From NCBI GenBank assembly GCA_964599215.1, contig CAZRDV010000001.1, positions 55,615 through 119,614 of the forward strand: a DNA stretch of 64,000 nt, written 5' to 3'. Made by a program: the position numbers and the translations under genes. The DNA is from an uncultured archaeon. GTDB lineage: Archaea > Aenigmatarchaeota > Aenigmatarchaeia > GW2011-AR5. The notes beneath the pieces are model-generated. The model was not told the DNA's origin. It saw only the letters and a program-made list of their open reading frames with translations, and did not search any database. Each line of letters opens with the position of its first letter. The first letter of the stretch is position 1. Of the stretch, positions 56,323-64,000 are shown piece by piece.

Positions 56323-57474
56323 ATGTTAGGCAGTATGAAAAAGAAGATAGCAAGGCGTGTCATATGGGGCATGAACATGAAAAAGGGCGAGTCCCTTTTT
56401 CTAAGGGGAGGCTCGCATGAACAGGAACTGATAGAGGAGATGGCAATAACTGCAATGAAGCAGGGAAACGATGTGATGACAGGCATGGGTTCTGACGAGC
56501 TTGCAAAGCGGGTTTATTCTGAGATTCCGATGCCTTACATCAAAAGGACTTCAAAGCTTTCCATGAAGCTCATGGAAGCTCTAAACAACTACGTTGGTAT
56601 AGAGAAACTAAAAGATCCTAGGATTGCTGAGAAATTCCCGCCTAAGAAAATAGCTGCCTCGCAACAGGCAAATGAACCAATACAAAAGAAGATAGAAAAA
56701 TACAAAATAAAGACGTGCGTTGTTGGTTACCCAACAAAAGAAATGGCAGGCAAGCTTAACATAAAATTCGCTCTGCTGGAAAAATTTATTCTCAACGGCA
56801 TGCTGATAAGCTACAAGGACCTTATGAAAAAGGCAGGCTTCCTATACAAGAATCTTGTAAACGCTGAGTACGTACGTGCCTATGATGAATACGGAACAGA
56901 TCTTAAACTCCGTGTAAAGAACAGGCGGCCGCTTGTTGATGACGGCTTCATAAGCAATGCTGACATAAAGAATGGTGATCTTCACAGCAATCTTCCGTGC
57001 GGAGAGCTTTTCCTTGCGCCTGTAGAGACGTACGGCGAGGGTGTTCTTGTATCGCCAAAAAGAACTGATGTCTATACAGGCAAGATGATAGAAAACATAA
57101 GGCTTGTGTTTGAAAAAGGAAGGCTTAACCTGAAAAAGACCAGGGCTGAAAAAAATGAAAGGGCGCTGAAGACGACTCTTAAAAATTCCATGGCTGTTGA
57201 CAGGAAGCTGTACAAAAAAGTAAGGACGATAAATGTTGCTGAGCTTGGCATTGGCATGAATCCTGTAATAGACAAAATAATCGGTTATCTGCTGTCAGAC
57301 GAAAAGATAGGCGGGACAATACATGTGGCAATAGGGGAGAACTACAGGTTCCCGAACGGGAGAAGCCGCTCATGCCTGCACTGGGATTTCATAAGCAACA
57401 AGGGGATAAATCTCTCTGCGGTATCCGGCAAAAAAGAAAAAATTATAATTGAGAATGGCAAATGCTGTTTTTGA
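56323..57474 (+). CDS. M29-family (thermophilic metalloprotease) aminopeptidase
   Basis: NLPCGELF.AP, AELGIG.N, DEKIGGTIHVAIG, HWD. Confidence 0.9.
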   Translation: MLGSMKKKIARRVIWGMNMKKGESLFLRGGSHEQELIEEMAITAMKQGNDVMTGMGSDELAKRVYSEIPMPYIKRTSKLSMKLMEALNNYVGIEKLKDPRIAEKFPPKKIAASQQANEPIQKKIEKYKIKTCVVGYPTKEMAGKLNIKFALLEKFILNGMLISYKDLMKKAGFLYKNLVNAEYVRAYDEYGTDLKLRVKNRRPLVDDGFISNADIKNGDLHSNLPCGELFLAPVETYGEGVLVSPKRTDVYTGKMIENIRLVFEKGRLNLKKTRAEKNERALKTTLKNSMAVDRKLYKKVRTINVAELGIGMNPVIDKIIGYLLSDEKIGGTIHVAIGENYRFPNGRSRSCLHWDFISNKGINLSAVSGKKEKIIIENGKCCF

Positions 57475-57560
57475 TTGGTAATAGTTCTTTAGAAATTGTT
57501 TCTAATTTTTTAGAAAACTTTATATATAACTTAATGATAATTATGATTGGTGAATTGAAA

Positions 57561-57590
57561 ATGGCAAAGAAGAGAAAGAAGAAGAAATAA
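57561..57590 (+). CDS. Candidate 9-aa basic peptide MAKKRKKKK
   Basis: BRE/TATA (GAAAA 57513, TTTATATA 57519) and GGTGA SD (57549-57553) precede the ATG. Confidence 0.4.
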   Translation: MAKKRKKKK

Positions 57591-57742
57591 ACCAAAAACT
57601 GAGCATTGAGCGATGATGTGAAAAGCTAAACCTTATATCCTATTTTGTGGGAATTTCTGTGGGGATGTAGATATTTAAATAATGATGGGGTCTAGTAATT
57701 TAAATTTGTTCTACTGTTAGAATAGACGTTAGTGGTAGCAGT

Positions 57743-57889
57743 ATGGATGTACCAGATTGTTGTGGAGAGAAAATGAAGATTAACATAGAGACGAGCAGGT
57801 TTATCGAGCTGCGGTGCAATAAATGCGGTGACATAGTCTACCTCAAAAAAGATGCTGATTCCCAGAAGCCTGTTATGCTTGATGACTAG
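57743..57889 (+). CDS. Zinc-ribbon microprotein, 48 aa (not in ORF track)
   Basis: MDVPDCCGEKMKINIETSRFIELRCNKCGDIVYLKKDADSQKPVMLDD. Confidence 0.7.
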   Translation: MDVPDCCGEKMKINIETSRFIELRCNKCGDIVYLKKDADSQKPVMLDD

Positions 57890-58836
57890 AAATCTGTCAG
57901 GTTCTTTAAAGAATTTTTCTTTAGCACGAAGTCATTTTCTATTCTTATTCCGTCTCTCTTATAGATGCCTGGCTCGATTGTGAAGACCATGTTTTCCTTA
58001 AGTATGTCTTTGCTGTCCTTTGAAAGTGATGGCTTCTCATGAATCTCTATGCCGATTCCGTGCCCGAGTGAATGTGTAAAGAATTTCTTATCCCTGCCCA
58101 GCTTTTTCCTGACAAAAAGGTCAATGTCGCCTGCTTTTACACCGGGCTTTATTCTTGGATATACCTCTTCCAGTATTTTTTTAAGATGCCTCTCTTTGCT
58201 ATGGCCAATGGTTCTTGTTACGTCTGAGCAATAGCCTTTGTATTTTACTCCGAAATCGATTAGCAGCGGTTTTTTGATCTTCTTTTTGGTTGGCACGTGA
58301 TGGGGATTCCTTGTGTTGCTTCCGCTTGCTACTATGGGGTCGAAAGAGGGTTCAACACCATGGTCATGGATAGCTGATAGTAATTTCTGCTTAAGCCTGA
58401 GCTCTGTTGATCTGCTATCTATTTCGAAAAATATGTCTTTTGAAATTTTACATGCCTTTTTTATACAGTTCACTTCATAGTCTGTTTTAATCGACCGGAC
58501 CTGCTCAAGCTCCTTTGTTATGTCTCTTGTGCTTGCTCTTTTTCTGATCAGCCTGAAAATAGATACAGGGAGGTTTTTTTCGTTAATTCCTATAACGCCG
58601 TCCTTCGGCAGTTTTTCTATAAATTCCTTGTTCTTTATTACTATTCTTCTGAAGCCTTTTGGTTTTTCATCTATTTTGCTCTGCATTATAACAGGCTTAG
58701 AGAAGTCGTAGAACAGTATGCCGCTTGAAGAGTTTGTAAAATAGAAAAAATTCGGGTCCTTGGAAAAAATCAGGATCCCGTCCAACTTTTTTTTCAGATG
58801 CCTTATTTTCCCCAGCCTTTTCTTTATCTCGTTCAT
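57886..58836 (-). CDS. Xaa-Pro peptidase (M24 family)
   Basis: IDFG..Y.GYCSDVTRT, HSLGHGIGIEIHE.P, TIEPGIY, GIRIEND. Confidence 0.93.
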   Translation of the reverse strand: MNEIKKRLGKIRHLKKKLDGILIFSKDPNFFYFTNSSSGILFYDFSKPVIMQSKIDEKPKGFRRIVIKNKEFIEKLPKDGVIGINEKNLPVSIFRLIRKRASTRDITKELEQVRSIKTDYEVNCIKKACKISKDIFFEIDSRSTELRLKQKLLSAIHDHGVEPSFDPIVASGSNTRNPHHVPTKKKIKKPLLIDFGVKYKGYCSDVTRTIGHSKERHLKKILEEVYPRIKPGVKAGDIDLFVRKKLGRDKKFFTHSLGHGIGIEIHEKPSLSKDSKDILKENMVFTIEPGIYKRDGIRIENDFVLKKNSLKNLTDF

Positions 58837-59984
58837 TTTAAATCTTTCATTGTCAGGATCTTTACTGGTCCTGATTTAACCCTTTCCTTGTAATCAGTTC
58901 CTACCAGGCATGCAACCTTCTTCTGAAGTGCAAGATCAACAATGCTCTGGTTTATCTTACCGTCGAACACGATTGTATGGACGTCTTTGGTTATCATCTC
59001 TGCCAGCTCGCTTAGCGGAACCTTGCTCAGGATCTTATAATCCTTGTCTATCATGTAGGCTGCTCTTGACCCGATTATGTCCTCCATCAGCGAAGCCAGC
59101 CGCCTCCTGTCTTCAGGCACCTCGTCTTTCTTGACCTCTCTGCCTTCTTGCATTTTTTTAACAACAACCTGGTCAACAGGCACCTTTTCTCTCAGCGCTT
59201 TGAATATCTGCTTCTTTGTAAGCTCTTCTACCTCCTTTCCGCTCTCTGCCCTGGCAATAAAATCTATATCTGCCACTGACAGCAGCTTCTTGAGATCCAA
59301 GTCACCACCGCGGTCACCGTCAAGGAAGGCAGTTATTATTCGCTCTTTTGAGAGCGCCACTATGGTGTCAGGTATCTTGCTGCCTTCTATTGCTATGACG
59401 TTTCTTATTCCGTTCTTAAGTAGGTTTATAACATCTGCCCTTCCTTCAACTACTATTATTTCGTCTGATTCTTCCAGGTCAGGTCCGCAACTCAGTCCCT
59501 GATAGCTAAGGACTTCGTGGGTTCTTACTGCTTCTTTTATGGATTCTGATAGCTTCTGGCTGTCAGGCACGCCGTTCTCTATCATGTCCCTCATAATCTC
59601 TTTTGCACGGTCAACAACGTACCTTCTTTTTTGCGACCTTACGTCCTTTATTTTAATTATCTGTATCTTGGCATCGCACGGGCCAACCTTATCTATTGTT
59701 TCAAGGGATGCGGCTATAAGAGACGATTCTGAAGAATCCAGGGAAGACGGTATTTCTATCTCTCCGCTGCTTTTCCCGGTTTCTGTCTTTATGCTTACCT
59801 CTATTCTTCCGATTCTGCCGGTTTTCTGCAGCTCCCTTAGATCAAGATCCTGGCCTAAGAGGCCTTCGGTCTGACCGAATATGGCTCCTATGACGTCCGG
59901 CTTTTCCACAACGCCGCTTGCCTCGAACTTCAGATATATCAGATACTTAGCAAAATTCTGAGCTAGTTTAGACATACTAATCAC
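58833..59984 (-). CDS. dnaG: Archaeal DnaG-like (Toprim) protein
   Basis: GVVEKPDVIGAIFGQTEGLLG..LDLRELQKTGRIGRI, VVEGRADV, DGDRGG. Confidence 0.95.
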   Translation of the reverse strand: MISMSKLAQNFAKYLIYLKFEASGVVEKPDVIGAIFGQTEGLLGQDLDLRELQKTGRIGRIEVSIKTETGKSSGEIEIPSSLDSSESSLIAASLETIDKVGPCDAKIQIIKIKDVRSQKRRYVVDRAKEIMRDMIENGVPDSQKLSESIKEAVRTHEVLSYQGLSCGPDLEESDEIIVVEGRADVINLLKNGIRNVIAIEGSKIPDTIVALSKERIITAFLDGDRGGDLDLKKLLSVADIDFIARAESGKEVEELTKKQIFKALREKVPVDQVVVKKMQEGREVKKDEVPEDRRRLASLMEDIIGSRAAYMIDKDYKILSKVPLSELAEMITKDVHTIVFDGKINQSIVDLALQKKVACLVGTDYKERVKSGPVKILTMKDLK

Positions 59985-60185
59985 CTTTTTTCGTATATAG
60001 ACAGAACCAGGCTTAACTAAATGCGGTACAGATAAAACTTATTTTTTCCATCAATTCACCGAATGAACATTATTGATAATCAAAACCTATTCTGTCTTGG
60101 AATATAATAATAGAAAGGTTTTTAAGGCTTGTCATGCCCGGGAAAATAGGCTTTTTGTTGCTTCTGAAGCCCTTCAGTATCCTTC

Positions 60186-60737
60186 TTAATCTTGGCCTGT
60201 ATTAGCATCAATATCAACTAATAGCTTGGCATCTTCGTACTTCTCTTTTATAATTTCCCTTGTCTCTGGCATCGTAAGCTTCTTGTCTGCCTTTTCTATC
60301 TTTTTCTTGACCCATTGCAAGGCTTTTTCAAAATCCTTTTCTCTTTCAAGCCCTATTTTTACCAGAAACGGCAGTGCAGTTATGTGCGCCATTGCATCTG
60401 CGTTGCGGACTATCTCTGCTTCTTTTGTTTTCGGTTCTCCACTTGTTCTGTGGGTTAGTATGCACTTCTTTACTTTCTCTATGTTTTCGTCGGAATAATT
60501 CAATTCCTTCAGAAGCTTGGCTGCTCTTTCTGCTCCTACTGTTTCGTGTTTTTCGTCGTTATCCTTTACAGCTATGTCGTGAAGCAGAGCAGCTAGTTCA
60601 ACAACCTCTTGGTCTGCGCTGGTTCTTTCAGCAAGAAGCTTTGCATACTTTACAACCAGAAGAACATGATAATTATAATCATCAGCAGTGTAGTAGCCTC
60701 TGGCTTTTTCTCTTAACTTTGCTAATCTGTCTGCCAT
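60186..60737 (-). CDS. HD-domain phosphohydrolase
   Basis: YHVLLV, AALLHDI, HE..GA, H, NADA; ATG 60737 chosen. Confidence 0.9.
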   Translation of the reverse strand: MADRLAKLREKARGYYTADDYNYHVLLVVKYAKLLAERTSADQEVVELAALLHDIAVKDNDEKHETVGAERAAKLLKELNYSDENIEKVKKCILTHRTSGEPKTKEAEIVRNADAMAHITALPFLVKIGLEREKDFEKALQWVKKKIEKADKKLTMPETREIIKEKYEDAKLLVDIDANTGQD

Positions 60738-60753
60738 ACAAATCGAATATAAA

Positions 60754-60829
60754 AATTGTCCCACCAGTAACATCGTTTTTCATCAACTGGACCGAAGTCC
60801 TGTTCTAACGACTGAGGGCTGATGGGACA
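60754..60829 (-). ncRNA. Candidate H/ACA-box-like guide sRNA
   Basis: Stem CCCAUCAG/CUGGUGGG followed by ACA and a T-tract; internal pocket; CGUU/AACG stem; GA/UGAUGA K-turn-like motif; GGAC-UUCG-GUCC cap; TTTAAA about 20 nt upstream. Confidence 0.6.
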
Positions 60830-60850
60830 GTATTAATAGTAGGCATGGGT

Positions 60851-61279
60851 TTAAATGGTTTTCAGCTGGCCTATTTTCTTTTCAAGCTCTTTTCCAGTAG
60901 CCTTCAGGTTAACGAATTCCTTTTTCAGCAAAGGAAGGATATCAGAGAGATAAAAATCATTGAAGGTTCTTGTTACAGGCCCGGTTTTCTTCATTGCTGT
61001 CTGTAAGATGCCCTTGAACCTTATATCCAAGAAACCGTTTGTGGTGCTTTCTCCGTTCAGGTCAAAGATTATCACTGATCTGGTAAATTTGTCTATCTTC
61101 TTCTTTAATTCAAATGAAAGCTCTATCCTCTTTCTTGGTCCGTCTGTTTCATAGATGTTCTTCTTTTCAACAGGCTCGCCAAAATTACTTGCTATTTCCT
61201 TTATCTTAAGCGACAGTAAAAACGGGTCAGGCGTAGATAACCGGATGTTCTCGGAGAATATCTCTTCTGTTATACGCAT
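60851..61279 (-). CDS. Hypothetical protein
   Basis: Long ORF between CBS gene and sRNA; ATG 61279 chosen. Confidence 0.6.
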   Translation of the reverse strand: MRITEEIFSENIRLSTPDPFLLSLKIKEIASNFGEPVEKKNIYETDGPRKRIELSFELKKKIDKFTRSVIIFDLNGESTTNGFLDIRFKGILQTAMKKTGPVTRTFNDFYLSDILPLLKKEFVNLKATGKELEKKIGQLKTI

Positions 61280-61317
61280 ATTAATTTTTTGTCTGGTTAG
61301 AATAAAAAGTTTGTTAA

Positions 61318-61839
61318 TTAGTCCCTGCACTCTTCGCACTTGTAGACACCGTCTACCTCCTTGACATCGTCACTGTAGTTTCCGCATACCTCGCATCCTG
61401 AAAAGCCGGTTTCTTCACGCATTCTCAGTGCTCCCATCTTCATCCTCTCCAGTAGTATGTTGAACAGGGCAGGCTCGACCCTCAATATGTCATTATTGGT
61501 TATTATTCCAACAAGCCGGTCTTTATCAAAAACAGGCAGTTTCTCTATTCTCTTTGATACCATAAGCCGTGCTGCATGCTCTATTGTTTTTTTAGGCGAT
61601 ATCTTTATCAGGCTCTTGCTCATTACATCCTTTGCTTTTTTGCCCTTGCCTGATGCTATATGCTTGTATACGATATCACGCGTACTTAGTATGCCGACGA
61701 CTCTGCCTCCGGACATAACAAGAACGGAGCCTATTTTGTACTTTTTCATCATCATTGCTGCTTTTTTTATAGGGTCTGACACACCTATGCTCCTGATTTT
61801 CTTTGTCATCACGTCTTTAACAAGGGCATTGAACTTCAT
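61318..61839 (-). CDS. CBS-domain protein with C-terminal Zn ribbon
   Basis: IGSVLV, IEKLPV, CEVCG...CEEC. Confidence 0.9.
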   Translation of the reverse strand: MKFNALVKDVMTKKIRSIGVSDPIKKAAMMMKKYKIGSVLVMSGGRVVGILSTRDIVYKHIASGKGKKAKDVMSKSLIKISPKKTIEHAARLMVSKRIEKLPVFDKDRLVGIITNNDILRVEPALFNILLERMKMGALRMREETGFSGCEVCGNYSDDVKEVDGVYKCEECRD

Positions 61840-61908
61840 AATGATCTATGCCTTAATTGTTATTATTATATTAAAAGTTTTTAATACAGGTATAGAGAGT
61901 GCATAGGC

Positions 61909-62289
61909 ATGTTCAAGTATATGAAGGGCTACCGCGGTGAGCGCGAACTCGTACATAAGCTATCAGGCCTTGGTTTCATGGTTGTGAGGACTCCTAGATC
62001 CGGAAGAATCGGGCTTGCGTCGCCGGACATAATAGCTGCAAAGGTAGGCAGGCTTATCGTAATAGAATGCAAGTCCAGGAAATCCGGATTCACTGTGCCG
62101 GCTGAGCAGCTGGATGAACTCAGGGAATGGAAAACCAAGGCCGGCGCTAAGGCATACATCGGCTGCAAAGTTTCGAGAAGGGGCTGGTTCTTTCTGAGGC
62201 TTGATGACGTTGTAAAAAACAAGGGCAATGTCGGGAAGAAGTTCCTAGAAGAAAAATCTATAACAATAGAAAAGTTAGCTGCTGATTAA
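61909..62289 (+). CDS. hjc: Holliday junction resolvase Hjc
   Basis: KG...ERELV..L...GF.V.R...SG.....PDIIA......IECKS. Confidence 0.92.
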   Translation: MFKYMKGYRGERELVHKLSGLGFMVVRTPRSGRIGLASPDIIAAKVGRLIVIECKSRKSGFTVPAEQLDELREWKTKAGAKAYIGCKVSRRGWFFLRLDDVVKNKGNVGKKFLEEKSITIEKLAAD

Positions 62290-62357
62290 AGTATTTAAAC
62301 ATTTGACAAATTTTCATGACTAGAAAAAATTAAATACAGTCAAGTGAAATAGGTATC

Positions 62358-63671
62358 GTGAATTCTATGAAGAATGGCTCAGCTGTAGCTGGATTTTACA
62401 AGCTTGATATAAACAAGAGGCACAGGATAGTAAAGAGGTTTGCAAAGCTCAGTGAAAAGGATCTGAGATTGTTAAAGGGTGCTGCACTTTCTCTGAAAAC
62501 AGCTGACAGGATGGTTGAGAATGTTGTCGGCACAACGCACCTGCCGCTTGGCCTAGGTCTTAACTTTCTTATAAACGGCAGGGATTACATGGTGCCTATG
62601 GCCCTGGAGGAGCCGAGCGTGATTGCTGCTGCTTCGCATGCTGCAAAGCTTGCAAGGCCTACTGGTGGATTCGTTGCAGGCAGTGACGAGCCGCTGATGA
62701 TAGGCCAGATACAGCTGACAGGAATAAAGAACCTTAAGAAGGCGAGAAAGCTCGTGCTAAAGAACAAATCCAGAATAAAGGAGATGGCTAACAGTCTCGA
62801 CTCGACGATAGTAAATCTTGGCGGCGGTGTAAAGGATGTTGATGCCAGGATACTAAAAACTAAGAACGGAAAAATGCTCATCGTGCACTTAATAGTTGAT
62901 GTAAGGGATGCAATGGGTGCAAACATAATAAATACAATGTGCGAATTTGTTTCGCCTTTTCTTGTTGGCATTACAGGCGGAAAAATTGGGCTCAGAATCG
63001 TGTCCAACCTTGCAACAAAGAGGATGGCCTGGGCAAGGGCTGTCTGGAGCAAGGACATAATAGGCGAAGAGACTGTTGATGGTGTCTTAAAAGCGTACGC
63101 CTTTGCAGAGGCAGATGCGCACAGATGCACCACGCACAACAAGGGGATAATGAACGGTATTGATGCTGTTTTAATTGCGACGGGCAACGACTTTAGGGCA
63201 GTAGAGGCAGGTGCGCATGCCTATGCTTCTAATGGCGGTTACAAATGCCTGACCAAATACAAAAAAGACTGGCACGGAAATTTAATAGGAAGCATAGAAA
63301 TACCAATGGCCATTGGTATCGTGGGTGGTGTAACAAAAACTCATCCTGTTGCCAATATTTCCCTGAAAATACTGGGTGTTAAAAACGCACAGGAGCTTGC
63401 TGCTATAATTGCGAGTGTCGGGCTTGCACAAAACTTTGCTGCGCTTAGGGCACTGGCAACAGAGGGCATTCAAAAGGGGCATATGGAGCTTCATGCATGC
63501 AACATCGCAGTAATTGCAGGCGCCAAGGGCACGGCAGTAGAAAAACTCTCGAAAAGGCTTGTTAAAGAGAGAGACATAAGCGTCTCAAGAGCAAAGGAAC
63601 TTATGAAAACCCTTTTCAGGCGCAAGAAAAAGATAATTGTAAAAAAGAAAATCAGGGTACGGATTAGGTAA
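62358..63671 (+). CDS. mvaA: HMG-CoA reductase, class II
   Basis: ENVVG, EEPSVIAAAS, DAMGAN, HNKGIMNGIDA...ATGNDFRA.EAG.H, GIQKGHM.LH. Confidence 0.93.
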   Translation: MNSMKNGSAVAGFYKLDINKRHRIVKRFAKLSEKDLRLLKGAALSLKTADRMVENVVGTTHLPLGLGLNFLINGRDYMVPMALEEPSVIAAASHAAKLARPTGGFVAGSDEPLMIGQIQLTGIKNLKKARKLVLKNKSRIKEMANSLDSTIVNLGGGVKDVDARILKTKNGKMLIVHLIVDVRDAMGANIINTMCEFVSPFLVGITGGKIGLRIVSNLATKRMAWARAVWSKDIIGEETVDGVLKAYAFAEADAHRCTTHNKGIMNGIDAVLIATGNDFRAVEAGAHAYASNGGYKCLTKYKKDWHGNLIGSIEIPMAIGIVGGVTKTHPVANISLKILGVKNAQELAAIIASVGLAQNFAALRALATEGIQKGHMELHACNIAVIAGAKGTAVEKLSKRLVKERDISVSRAKELMKTLFRRKKKIIVKKKIRVRIR

Positions 63672-63678
63672 AGGATTA

Positions 63679-63882
63679 TTATTTGTAAACATCAAGGATT
63701 TTTATATCCCCTAGGCCTCGTTTTAAACATGTTAAATCTTTTTTATCTGCCAAGAACATGCTAGATGTGCCGTCTGAATGACCAATACCAAGCGCATCAT
63801 ATTTATCCAGCATGTCAAAATATCTTCTGGAAGTTACCACATCTGCACATTCGTCATCAAAAGCAACTAGTACTTCAACCAT
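63679..63882 (-). CDS. Small hypothetical protein
   Basis: 67-codon ORF convergent with mvaA; no motif. Confidence 0.4.
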   Translation of the reverse strand: MVEVLVAFDDECADVVTSRRYFDMLDKYDALGIGHSDGTSSMFLADKKDLTCLKRGLGDIKILDVYK

Positions 63883-64000
63883 AATTAGAAATATAGGTAA
63901 AATATAAAAAACGGTTGTATTCCATTTACTGCCGAAATATAGTTATATCCAGCTAGCTAAGTTAGATCCGATTGGGAAAAAATCATAATCAGTCTGGTTA

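Noticed and set aside
60754..60850. Structured RNA as fluoride/TPP riboswitch, hammerhead or 5S rRNA
   Set aside because: Only isolated short words match and they are in the wrong order; the hairpin-ACA layout fits better.

Overview
Archaeal chromosomal segment, probably from a DPANN lineage such as Aenigmarchaeota (inferred from compact genes, archaeal histone/Top6/RadA/Hjc, bacterial-type LeuRS, AlaRS and GlgC, and a large type IV pilus locus). Most of it is housekeeping: NMD3-aIF1A-KH-top6B-top6A, five aminoacyl-tRNA synthetase genes, ftsZ-secE-spt5-rpl11-rpl1-rpl10-rpl12, RPA/RadA/histone, DnaG, Hjc, HMG-CoA reductase and four tRNAs (two with canonical introns, one with a probable D-loop intron). 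The most unusual part is 43.5-51.6 kb. An 18-bp non-palindromic motif (YTTCTTWTGTKAGRGATN) occurs there 8-9 times with polar orientation, including inside genes in different reading frames. It co-occurs with a very AT-rich block, two helically phased (~10.5 bp) TTCA arrays with a 22-bp palindrome, an AAA+/winged-helix ATPase and several wHTH proteins. I read this as a candidate non-canonical replication origin or chromosome-segregation locus; that function is inference only. Other observations are a candidate H/ACA-type sRNA with its own promoter, a CBS-HPF hibernation-factor-like fusion, an L1-binding leader, and several Zn-finger or basic microproteins missed by the ORF track. All calls come from reading motifs by eye; no database searches were run.
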